64,000 bases of DNA from Candidatus Poribacteria bacterium. Lineage in GTDB: Bacteria > Poribacteria > WGA-4E > WGA-3G. Within the stretch, counting starts at the first letter, position 1. The number at the start of each line of letters is the position of its first letter. Positions 55,393 through 64,000 of this stretch are shown in pieces. A model generated the notes under the pieces. It saw only the letters and a list, made by a program, of their open reading frames with translations. It had not been told where the DNA came from and ran no database searches. The DNA lies in assembly GCA_965197475.1 (NCBI GenBank), contig CBDANF010000003.1, forward strand, positions 320,001 through 384,000, written 5' to 3'. Position numbers and translations under genes: made by a program.

Positions 55393-55729
55393 CTATGAGA
55401 CCTGGCCATTTTATATTTATCTGTGTCGTTAAAAATTTTACGAAGGCTTTTGATTCGGTGAATTGCTTGGGAAATACGCATTGCAGCGGCACAAACAGGG
55501 AATTGGCAATCCTTCCTGAGGGCGAAATATGCTGTCAGGTGTTCAAAGCTAAAAAAAGTCGTCAATATTACAGAAAAGTGGTATAATAATTATGGAGGAT
55601 GCCTTTAAGTTTCGGTTTGCTTCATAGTAAGCATAAAAGTTCTCCTTTTGTCACACACTATTTCTTACATCAAATTCACGTTGTGTATGATAATGATACA
55701 TTAACAAATCAACTTATGTGAGGGAACCT

Positions 55730-56746
55730 ATGAAAACCAAAAAATACACTTTAAATGCCAATGGCGTGAAAACAGTCCCATTTTCACGGCTTATACCAGA
55801 ACTGCTTTTAATTCTCATCGTGGGTTGTTTGTTCTTCAGTAGTTGCACCGCCCTACAGGAAGCACAACAACGTAGAGAAAAGCGCATGTTAGAAAAAAGG
55901 GACGATAAGTATTTAACACTTGCTCCATCTAAGGGAGAGACCAAAGTTGACGAAGATGGACGAAAAGCAGAAAGCGACCACTACACGCTTACACTCAATG
56001 AGAAATTGAATAGTCACGAAGATTTTGACGAGACAACGGAACGGAATGAATTTTTGCAAGGTGCGCTTTCGTATATGGAAAGTCTCTACAATGAATTGCA
56101 TGAGCGTTTCGGCTTTGAACCCGAATATAAAATTCACGTGACGATATATAAGAACTATATGGGAAACACACAAGCAGATACTCAAAAGCAATACATTCAC
56201 TCAAATCAAGGGAAAACTCTTAAAAGTATTAAGATGAATTTTCCATTGTCAATGTATCAAAATGTCGGTGTTCGGGCACACGAGTTGACGCATGCTTTTA
56301 CGTCTCCCTATTTTCTCCCAACTTGGTTTGACGAAGGCATCGCTGTGATGATTCAAACTGAGTATGGAAAAAGCGGCTCACATCCCAAGTTTGATAGTCT
56401 TGAAAGAAATTTGAAACGTAATTTGGACGGTGTTAATAGTCTTGAAGACTGGGAATCAGGCGGGAGTCCACAATTGACTCGGTGGCGATACAGTTACGCT
56501 TACACGATTATCGCGGAGCTCCAAAAAATATATGGTGCGGATTTCTATATCAAAGCCTTCCGGCTGATGGAGGCAGATCAGTTGCACAACAAATTGCCCA
56601 GTAGGATGTCCACGAGTTTTCTGATCTATTATCTCGACCAAGCTACCGAATCAGACTTGGTGTCTTTTTTTCAAGGTCTCTACTTTAACGTTCGTAGACT
56701 GACAAAAGCGGATATCCTTCAGAATATCGAACAGACGAATCAATAA
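55730..56746 (+). CDS. Lipoprotein, gluzincin-type (MA-like) zinc metallopeptidase
   Basis: Lipobox FSSC; HELTH...P.WFDEGIA; YSY. Confidence 0.7.
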   Translation: MKTKKYTLNANGVKTVPFSRLIPELLLILIVGCLFFSSCTALQEAQQRREKRMLEKRDDKYLTLAPSKGETKVDEDGRKAESDHYTLTLNEKLNSHEDFDETTERNEFLQGALSYMESLYNELHERFGFEPEYKIHVTIYKNYMGNTQADTQKQYIHSNQGKTLKSIKMNFPLSMYQNVGVRAHELTHAFTSPYFLPTWFDEGIAVMIQTEYGKSGSHPKFDSLERNLKRNLDGVNSLEDWESGGSPQLTRWRYSYAYTIIAELQKIYGADFYIKAFRLMEADQLHNKLPSRMSTSFLIYYLDQATESDLVSFFQGLYFNVRRLTKADILQNIEQTNQ

Positions 56747-56839
56747 AGCTTTGTAATTTGTGTGAAGATTATCTATAATTGTCTATACACTATTCTGCTT
56801 GAGAAGATTAGTATCACTTCCTAAAAAGGGGGTAAAATA

Positions 56840-57409
56840 ATGATTTATCGATTCACCACATTCTTTTCACTGCTCTGTCTTTCTGTCCTGCTGATAGGGT
56901 GTAGTACGTTCTTTTCTGTGCAGGAGTGGAGCGACAACTACGCACTTATGGATGGGGCACAATCGACGAGTCCGCAAATGATAGATGGGAAACTTGAGAC
57001 CATAGGTGAAACAACTTTCTCCGGGAAAACCAAGAGAAAACTCCTACACGGTGGGTCTGAAGTCGTTATTACGTTACCCGGAAAGAAAAGAATCCGTAGG
57101 ATTGTGCTTCACGCGAATAACTTAAAACAGTTTAACATCTATGCGGATAGAGAGGGAGAAAAAACAGCTGGATCGGATTGGCAATTGATTAAAGAGGTGC
57201 AAAGTGTCAAAACCGATCCGATTGATCTTACTGTTATGATTCCGTTTGCCACAGATCGGATCCAAATAAGGGTGTTAAAGACCACGGAAGATGCCCAAAT
57301 GGCGCGAGAAAAAAACCAAAGATTGGGCGGACTTACCTTTGTCGGGACAATCGGGGCACCAGGTAAAATCCGAGAACTTGAACTCTACGGCTACAAGACC
57401 TCTGAATAG
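56840..57409 (+). CDS. Lipoprotein with discoidin/F5-8C-like fold (copy 1, C-terminally truncated)
   Basis: Lipobox LIGC; NYAL..GA, IDG...T, I.RI.L, IRELELYG; ends at a TAG where copy 2 has CAG. Confidence 0.75.
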   Translation: MIYRFTTFFSLLCLSVLLIGCSTFFSVQEWSDNYALMDGAQSTSPQMIDGKLETIGETTFSGKTKRKLLHGGSEVVITLPGKKRIRRIVLHANNLKQFNIYADREGEKTAGSDWQLIKEVQSVKTDPIDLTVMIPFATDRIQIRVLKTTEDAQMAREKNQRLGGLTFVGTIGAPGKIRELELYGYKTSE

Positions 57410-57584
57410 GAAAGGGAAGAAGGTACCGCGATCTCCGTAGACTGGCAAAAGCGGAGATACTTCAAAATATCAAACAGATAAACCAATAAAGTTTTGTAAT
57501 TTATGTCAAAATTATGTGTAATTGTCTATGCGCTATTCTTCTTGAGAAGATTAGCATCACTTCCTAAAATAAGGAGTAAAATAA

Positions 57585-58220
57585 ATGATTTATCGATTCA
57601 CCCCATTCTTTTCTCTACTCTGTCTTTCTGTCCTGTTTGTAGGGTGTAGCGCACTCTTTTCTGTGCAGGAGTGGAGCGACAACTACGCGCTTATGGATGG
57701 GGCACGAGCGACAAGCCCGCAAATGATTGATGGAAAACTTGAGACCATAGGAGAAACGATTTTCTCTGGGGAAGCCAATAGAAGACTCGTACGTGGCGGT
57801 TCTGAAGTTGTTGTTACGTTACCCGAAAAGAAAAAGATCCATAGGATTGTGCTTCATTCGGATAACTTAAAACATATTATTATCTATGCGGATAAAGGGG
57901 GAGGAATAATAGCGGGCTCAGATTGGCAATTTGTTAAAGAGTTGCAAAGTATCAAAACCAATCCGGTTGATCTAAAGTTTTCGATACCGCTCCACACAGA
58001 TCGCATACGAATACGGGTATTAAAAACCACGCAAGATGCCCAAATGGCGCGAGAAAAAAACCAAAGATTGGGCGGAATTACCTTCGTCGGCACCTCAGGT
58101 GCCCCTGGTAAAATTCGAGAACTTGAACTCTACGGTTACAAGACTTCTGAACAGATGGAGGAGGATGAAGTTATTGATGATCGTGAAAAAGAACTTGATG
58201 ATCTACTTGACTTAGAGTAA
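57585..58220 (+). CDS. Lipoprotein with discoidin/F5-8C-like fold (copy 2, acidic tail)
   Basis: Lipobox FVGC; close paralog of 56840..57409; tail EEDEVIDDREKELDDLLDLE. Confidence 0.8.
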   Translation: MIYRFTPFFSLLCLSVLFVGCSALFSVQEWSDNYALMDGARATSPQMIDGKLETIGETIFSGEANRRLVRGGSEVVVTLPEKKKIHRIVLHSDNLKHIIIYADKGGGIIAGSDWQFVKELQSIKTNPVDLKFSIPLHTDRIRIRVLKTTQDAQMAREKNQRLGGITFVGTSGAPGKIRELELYGYKTSEQMEEDEVIDDREKELDDLLDLE

Positions 58221-58315
58221 CATAAATTTGGAGTTGAGGTGGTTGTTGCTAAAACGCCGCCTCAACTTTATACTTTCCGGGTTGACATCTGTTCCAAGCG
58301 ACAAGGAGGCAATAT

Positions 58316-58903
58316 ATGCGTTTTGGATTATTGGTCATAATTTTTTGTGGAGTGCTTGGTGTGTCAGGATGTTTTCTCTCATCAACCCCATCGCTCAACT
58401 GGAGTGAAAACATTGCTATTAAAGCTGCGAGCACTGATCCGAAGATTAATGATGACAATATATATACCGAAGGACAAACCTCTCCTCTGGTTGTAAAGAA
58501 AGCAGATATAACTTTAGAAGAGGAATCCGAGAAGTTTACCGAGGCGGTTTTAATCTGGAATGTCCCTCAGACAATCCAACACATCGTGGTTAAGGCAAAA
58601 GAAGGACAATTAGAATTCTTCCAGATGCAATATATGGATGAGGATGAGGAGTGGATCACAGTTAGAGAAGCGAGAGACAACATACGGCCTGTTTATAAAT
58701 TTACCCTCAGAGATCCAATCGTAACCACGAAATTTCGTTTGAAAGTTCCGCGCAGATGGGATTCGAAATACGTTGGAGGTCAAATGCGTGCAACACGAAG
58801 TGAAACTGGTGCCCCAACTTCCACAGAGTTCAGGAATATACAGGAGATAGAGATCTATTACGCACTTCCAACACCAGATGCCGAAGCCTCACCAATGCAG
58901 TGA
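58316..58903 (+). CDS. Lipoprotein with discoidin-like fold (distant paralog)
   Basis: GGAGG RBS; lipobox VSGC; WSENIA, IND...T, IQEIEIY. Confidence 0.7.
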   Translation: MRFGLLVIIFCGVLGVSGCFLSSTPSLNWSENIAIKAASTDPKINDDNIYTEGQTSPLVVKKADITLEEESEKFTEAVLIWNVPQTIQHIVVKAKEGQLEFFQMQYMDEDEEWITVREARDNIRPVYKFTLRDPIVTTKFRLKVPRRWDSKYVGGQMRATRSETGAPTSTEFRNIQEIEIYYALPTPDAEASPMQ

Positions 58904-58992
58904 ATACAGCAGACACTCGGTTCGCTCTGCTAAAGAAATGTGTTATTGCGCAAAACATATATACTGCGGTTTTCAGGAGAATTCTTTTTGCA

Positions 58993-60231
58993 ATGTTATC
59001 TCAGGAAACAACAAATCTTCTCCATCTCAGCCTAATCCAAGGCATAGGTCCGAAAACCGCTCAATTTTTGATCGAAATTTTTGGCAGTGCGGAAAAAGTG
59101 CTAAATGCCACCCCGCAAGAACTACAAAAAATCGAGGAACTTTCGCCATCGGCACACGAACGTTTGATCCAAAAACACCTCGGATGTCCGTTAGCGCGCG
59201 AACTGGAATTAATACATGAATATGGATGCCAGATTATAACGTTATACGACACTGCATACCCACCTTTGTTGAAGGAAATTGACACCCCTCCTCTTCTACT
59301 TTATATCAGAGGCGAGTTGAAACCGGAAGATGCGCTTAATGTTGCGCTCGTCGGTTCCCGACAAGCAAAAGATTATGGAAGACGGGTCAGTTACCAACTT
59401 AGCTACCAACTTGCACAACGCGGTCTGACAGTGACAAGCGGGTTCGCGAAGGGAATAGATACCTGCGCACATCGAGGTGCGCTTGAGGCGGGTGGCAGAA
59501 CAATTGCTGTAATGGGGAACGGTCTCAGTCTAATCTATCCGGCAGGGAATAGTGAATTGGCAGAAAAAATTGCAGAGTCCGGCGCGTTAATATCCGAGTT
59601 CCCAATGGGTATGAAACCGAGAGGTGAAAACTTCCCAAGACGTAATCGCATCATTAGTGGATTAACACTCGGAACCGTTGTGGTAGAGGCATCAAATCGG
59701 AGCGGGGCACTTATTACCGCCCGACTCGCAAGCGATCAAGGCAGAGAGGTGTTTGCTGTTCCTGGAGAAATTTTCTCTGAGTTATCAACTGGAACTCATA
59801 GATTGATTGATGACGGTGCTAAACTTATCAGCACCGTGGATGACTTGTTAGAAGCATTACCGCAACATGCCCTCCGTCAAATATCTGCTCTTACACCACC
59901 CACCGTGCAGGATAACGGCATAGAAATTCCTCAAATACCATCTGTTGCAAAAAGTGAAGATAAGCATATAAGTAAGCCTCTTTCCAAAACGTCTGCTGCG
60001 GTAGACATTGAAGCTGCCCCTATAATTCCGCCACCAGAACTAACAACTGATGAAAAAACGGTGTTCAATGCAATTGAAACACCCTCGTCACATATTGATA
60101 CTATCGTTCGGGCAACGCAGTTATCAATTAGTCAAGTTTCAAGTGTCCTCTTGATGCTGGAACTCAAAGGTGCAATTCAGCAGTTGCCCGGCAAACAGTT
60201 CACCAAACTATTTGAGAGGGTTATTTTGTGA
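58993..60231 (+). CDS. dprA: DNA-processing protein DprA
   Basis: GIGP, YP..LKEI..PP..LY.RG, VGSR, SG.A.GID..AH, SEFP, FPRRNRIISG, SGALITA, C-terminal LL.LEL.G...Q.PG. Start could be GTG 58900. Confidence 0.96.
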   Translation: MLSQETTNLLHLSLIQGIGPKTAQFLIEIFGSAEKVLNATPQELQKIEELSPSAHERLIQKHLGCPLARELELIHEYGCQIITLYDTAYPPLLKEIDTPPLLLYIRGELKPEDALNVALVGSRQAKDYGRRVSYQLSYQLAQRGLTVTSGFAKGIDTCAHRGALEAGGRTIAVMGNGLSLIYPAGNSELAEKIAESGALISEFPMGMKPRGENFPRRNRIISGLTLGTVVVEASNRSGALITARLASDQGREVFAVPGEIFSELSTGTHRLIDDGAKLISTVDDLLEALPQHALRQISALTPPTVQDNGIEIPQIPSVAKSEDKHISKPLSKTSAAVDIEAAPIIPPPELTTDEKTVFNAIETPSSHIDTIVRATQLSISQVSSVLLMLELKGAIQQLPGKQFTKLFERVIL

Positions 60232-61199
60232 ATTCAACAGAATTAGATTTTGAAAAACCTCTAATTGAATTAGAACGCCATCTCACACAATTGGATACTT
60301 TCACGGAAGAACATCCAGACTTAGATCTCACAGAGGGTATTGCCGCACTGAAACAGAATGCCGACACGCTTACAAAGCAGACCTTCCAAAAACTGAGTCG
60401 ATGGGATAAAGTACGATTAGCCCGGCATCCGCAACGCCCACAATCCTCCCTATATATCAACGCACTTCTTGATGACTTTGTTGAGCTCCGCAGTGATAAG
60501 TTGTACGGCGACGACCGCGCACTTATCGGTGGCTTCGCATGGTTTGATGAACAACCCATCGTCTACCTTGCACAGCAGAAAGGCACAAATCTTGAAGAAC
60601 GACAGGAGATGAACTTTGGGTATACACACCCTGAAGGGTACCGAAAAGCAAGACGTTTGATGCAGTTAGCAAACAAATTCAACCGTCCTTTAGTCTGCTT
60701 TGTTGATACACCGGGGGCACATTTTGATCTCCGTTCTGAGGAATATGGACAAGCGACAGCAATCGCTGAGAATCTTGCTGAGATGATGCAGATGCGTGTT
60801 CCGATCCTCGTCATCATTATCGGCGAAGGTGGAAGCGGTGGCGCATTGGCAATAGCACTCGGAAATCGCGTATTGATGATGGAATATGCCATCTACTGTG
60901 TCGCACCTCCCGAAGCGTGTAGTGGTATCGTTTGGAAAGACAAAGGCGAACACGCTCCTGAAGCAACAGAAGGTTATAAACCCACTGCTCCAGACCTGCT
61001 TAAATTAGGCATCATTGATCAAATTATTCGAGAACCCCTCGGAGGTGCACACAGAGATGCGGAAGCTGCTGTTCGCAGCGTCAAACGCGCAATTCGAAAG
61101 CATCTCACTGAATTGCTGCAGATGACTGATAAACAACTAATTCAACAAAGATATGAACGCTATCGAAATCTCGGACTTTATGGAGAAGATGATATTTAA
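60228..61199 (+). CDS. accA: Acetyl-CoA carboxylase carboxyltransferase subunit alpha
   Basis: LDFEKP..EL, ARHP.RP, PEGYRKA.R.M..A.KF, DTPGA, GEGGSGGALA, EP.GGAHRD. Confidence 0.96.
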   Translation: MNSTELDFEKPLIELERHLTQLDTFTEEHPDLDLTEGIAALKQNADTLTKQTFQKLSRWDKVRLARHPQRPQSSLYINALLDDFVELRSDKLYGDDRALIGGFAWFDEQPIVYLAQQKGTNLEERQEMNFGYTHPEGYRKARRLMQLANKFNRPLVCFVDTPGAHFDLRSEEYGQATAIAENLAEMMQMRVPILVIIIGEGGSGGALAIALGNRVLMMEYAIYCVAPPEACSGIVWKDKGEHAPEATEGYKPTAPDLLKLGIIDQIIREPLGGAHRDAEAAVRSVKRAIRKHLTELLQMTDKQLIQQRYERYRNLGLYGEDDI

Positions 61200-61262
61200 T
61201 TCCATTGAAATGAAACCGATACTACAAAAAATGAATAATCGTGTCCGTCTCCACAAACACAC

Positions 61263-62393
61263 ATGAAAATTCGAACAATTACCATAGGTATTCCGTTCCC
61301 TTTTTCCTCCTATCAACTTCAACGTGCTGCAAAATTTAACGCCGCTTGCCGATCCTGCTTTGAAGCGAACGGTTACGACGTACAAACAACACGTGTAAGC
61401 TGTCAAATTTGGAATGAGTCACGAGATGTAGATACAATCCTTGCGTTAGAGTCCGAAGCACAAGCATTAGGAATTGAGTTCCTTAGCTTAGGCACAATCC
61501 AGCCGGAGAAACGTTACACAGAAATGCATCTCACTCGTGTCGCCGATGTGATTGTCCAGAGTGAGATACTCTTCGCCACCGTCACCCTTACGACAGAATC
61601 TGGACATATAGACTTAAACACCGCTGAAAGCACTGCGGGTATCATTCAGCAGATAGCACACCAAACTGATGCTGGCTACGGAAACCTCCGCTTCGCAGCG
61701 TTGATGAACTGCCCACCAAATACACCCTTCTTCCCAGCTGCATTTTGGCACGACACCAGAACTAACTTCAGCATCGGATGGCAGGCGATTGACTTTGTAG
61801 AAGCCGCTTTCACGGATGCACCAAATTTAGAAACAGCCCTGCAAAATCTGAAAACCCTTATGGAAACAGAAGGACAGAAGATTGTTAAACTTGCAGAAAC
61901 GTTCGCAAAGGAATGGGGTATAAAGTTTATCGGCATAGACACATCTCTTGCACCGATGGGTGATGAAAGCATCGCTTACGCAATGGAAAAACAACTCCCC
62001 GGATACTTTGGCGAACGCGGTACTTTATCAGTCGCTGCCGGTTTAACGCAAACACTTCGTACACTTTCGCTCCCGTTGTGCGGGTATTCGGGATTAATGC
62101 TTCCTGTCCTTGAAGATGTTGGATTGGGTGAGCGCAGTGAAGCAGGTCTTTTCAATTTAGACAGTCTCCTACTCTATTCTACCGTTTGCGGAACCGGTCT
62201 GGACACAATTCCTATTCCAGGCGATGCTTCCATATCTCAGATCATCGCTATTTTGACTGATGTTGCTACACTCTCTGAACGGCTCAAAAAACCGCTATCG
62301 GTCCGCCTTTTTCCCGTTCCAGGATTGAAGGCAGGCGATATGACCCAGTTTCAATCCCCGTATCTGACAAATACTGCTGTGATACAGATATAG
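61263..62393 (+). CDS. DUF711-family protein
   Basis: MKIRTIT, VQT.R, NLRFAA, PFFPAA, GID.SLAP, GYSGLMLPVLED..L, YS.VCG.GLDT.P.PG, KPL..RL.P.PG. Confidence 0.88.
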   Translation: MKIRTITIGIPFPFSSYQLQRAAKFNAACRSCFEANGYDVQTTRVSCQIWNESRDVDTILALESEAQALGIEFLSLGTIQPEKRYTEMHLTRVADVIVQSEILFATVTLTTESGHIDLNTAESTAGIIQQIAHQTDAGYGNLRFAALMNCPPNTPFFPAAFWHDTRTNFSIGWQAIDFVEAAFTDAPNLETALQNLKTLMETEGQKIVKLAETFAKEWGIKFIGIDTSLAPMGDESIAYAMEKQLPGYFGERGTLSVAAGLTQTLRTLSLPLCGYSGLMLPVLEDVGLGERSEAGLFNLDSLLLYSTVCGTGLDTIPIPGDASISQIIAILTDVATLSERLKKPLSVRLFPVPGLKAGDMTQFQSPYLTNTAVIQI

Positions 62394-62591
62394 ACAGAAA
62401 TTCATGGCAAAGTATGAACTTTTCATTTTTCTGGCAAAAAATTTAACAAAAATCGGTTTTTGTATATAATAAACAGACTCATGTCAAGACTAAGTGCGGA
62501 GGTTTTTAGAGAATCCAAGTGTACAGTGAGTTTATTCAAATAAAACGCACATACTTTTTACATGATGCCGAGGTAGACAAATCGGATTCTG

Positions 62592-63065
62592 TCATGAAGG
62601 TCTATAACCTCCGAAAGTTGAGAATGTATCGGTTTCGCTGTCGTATCGACTCACACCTTCATCTGTAGCAAACCAAACCCATTTTCCATCAACCGCAACA
62701 GCGTTGACCATATCATTTGCCAATCCGTCTTCCATCGTGTAGTGAAGCCATCTGTCTTGTGTGCGTTTCCAGCGAGAAACTCCTCTTGCGGTTGCAATCC
62801 ATACATTCTCTGAATCGGCAGCGATACAGTTGACTTCATTGCTGATAAGCGTGCGTTTCACGGGCCATGTCTTGGTGGGTTTTGAATTTGGACAGGAATT
62901 CGCGTAAAGCGTATCGGATTGCGGGTCAGTTATTCCTAACGGCCCACACCCTACAACGAGAAATAAGGGTATCAGTAATAAGATATACGCTACTGTAGGT
63001 GCGGACAACCATTTGTGCTTGCAAGTAATTGAGGGAGGATCGCTGTCATCTAATCGGTTCATCAT
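62592..63065 (-). pseudogene. Truncated lipoprotein with two-component-regulator-propeller (Reg_prop-like) repeats
   Basis: Lipobox VVGC; WIAT..GVSR, DGLANDMVNAVAVDG.WVWFAT..GVSRY; only about 2 blades before the stop. Confidence 0.55.
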
Positions 63066-63084
63066 TTTTTCACACCTCTTAATT

Positions 63085-63999
63085 TTAGTTGCGCATTTTC
63101 AAATCTGCCCACGTAGTGGTAAACTTACCACTTGCGGACACGAGTCCTCTCAGACGAACTGTTGCTAATTGTTTCCGAACCCCCGCATGCGAAACATCCT
63201 CTATCCGATAATAGTAAACGGTATTCGGTTTGGCGGCGGTATCTGTCCATGTATACTCATTCCGTTCACCTGTGGTGCCTGCACCTTGTATCATTGTGGG
63301 ATTGACGATTTTGAATTCATCCTCCTTTGTTTCACTACGGTATATGAAAAATCCTGCGTTGTCCACTTCAGATTCGGTAGTCCATTTTAGGACAACGCCT
63401 GTATCGGCGTGTTCTGCCCGGAAATAGGATAAGGTGACGGGTAACGGTTCGCCACCCCACTTGAGATATATTTTTATATCTGGATTCTTTTCCAAGAGTT
63501 CAAAGAGTGGTTCTCTATCCTCAATTGGGTTCCCCTCAAGTCGTAATTCTTTAAGATTTACAAGTTCAGACAAAGGCCTCACATCACTAATTTGATTGCC
63601 CGTAAGGTTTAAAAAGCGTAACCTTGTTAAGCCTACAAGCGGACTTACATCACTAATTTGATTGGCCACTATCTCTAATCGGCTTAACTGTGTCAATCCT
63701 GCAAAAGGACTGACATCGTTAATTTTATTCCCAGAGATTAATAAGTTGCTCAATTGTGTTAATCCTACAAGTGGTGTAAGGTCAACAATTTGGTTCTGAC
63801 CGAGGTATATATACGTTAGATTGACTGCCTTTTGAAGCCCTGTAAGATCCGTTATACGCTTGCTTTCGACATGTAGTCTGTACAATGCCCGCATATCCAG
63901 TTGTGTGATGGCATCCCCAGGAGCTAAGCCAAGTCTATTCTTAATTAAAGATGCTAAATTCATATCTGGTATTGAAATAGTTTCGGGTGGTGGCAGCAA
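63085..63999 (-). CDS. Internalin-like leucine-rich-repeat protein (5'-partial) with LPVxL Ig-like domain and TTW tail
   Basis: IPD.NL, repeats L..N.I.D.SPL.GLT.L..L; PLPVTLSYF...W.TESE.DN.GF.IYRS...YYYR; ends VSASGKFTTTWADLKMRN. The ORF runs off the window end. Confidence 0.88.
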   Translation of the reverse strand: MLPPPETISIPDMNLASLIKNRLGLAPGDAITQLDMRALYRLHVESKRITDLTGLQKAVNLTYIYLGQNQIVDLTPLVGLTQLSNLLISGNKINDVSPFAGLTQLSRLEIVANQISDVSPLVGLTRLRFLNLTGNQISDVRPLSELVNLKELRLEGNPIEDREPLFELLEKNPDIKIYLKWGGEPLPVTLSYFRAEHADTGVVLKWTTESEVDNAGFFIYRSETKEDEFKIVNPTMIQGAGTTGERNEYTWTDTAAKPNTVYYYRIEDVSHAGVRKQLATVRLRGLVSASGKFTTTWADLKMRN

Positions 64000-64000
64000 A

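Overview
Bacterial chromosomal window, most likely from Candidatus Poribacteria or a close relative. This is inferred from repeated secreted proteins ending in a '(K/Q)LTTTWGxLK'-type tail, a PhyH dioxygenase, Gfo/Idh/MocA oxidoreductases and an internalin-like LRR protein. (1) 1-22.5 kb is a co-oriented accessory island of exported and membrane proteins. It contains two STT3/AglB-like oligosaccharyltransferases (one with WWDYG, one with a variant NWGYG), three paralogous 4-Cys exported proteins and five paralogous 'TTW-tail' proteins. It also carries a DUF1573-like protein, a carboxypeptidase-regulatory-like repeat protein, a rhodanese + MauE/DoxX pair and a GspC-like protein, and it is interrupted by an IS1-family element with an 8-bp target duplication. 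This island is the best candidate for an undescribed system: a dedicated export, disulfide and glycosylation locus for surface proteins. (2) 22.5-42.3 kb is minus-strand accessory and metabolic DNA. It includes a ~4.6-kb segment bounded by a ~480-bp duplicated dehydrogenase 3' end, with an internally deleted cyclase and an apparently inactive M61-like peptidase inside. It also has a DUF4011 helicase-nuclease (Hhe-like defence gene), HicAB and an orphan antitoxin. (3) 42.9-62.4 kb is core genes: rpsF-ssb-rpsR-rplI-dnaB-mlaEFD-radA-PIN/TRAM-ispD-ispF-cysS, lipoproteins, dprA, accA and DUF711. Intergenic DNA carries several MITE-like elements that enclose REP-like palindromes. No rRNA, tRNA or CRISPR array was recognised. 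All family assignments come from motif recognition by eye, not from database searches.
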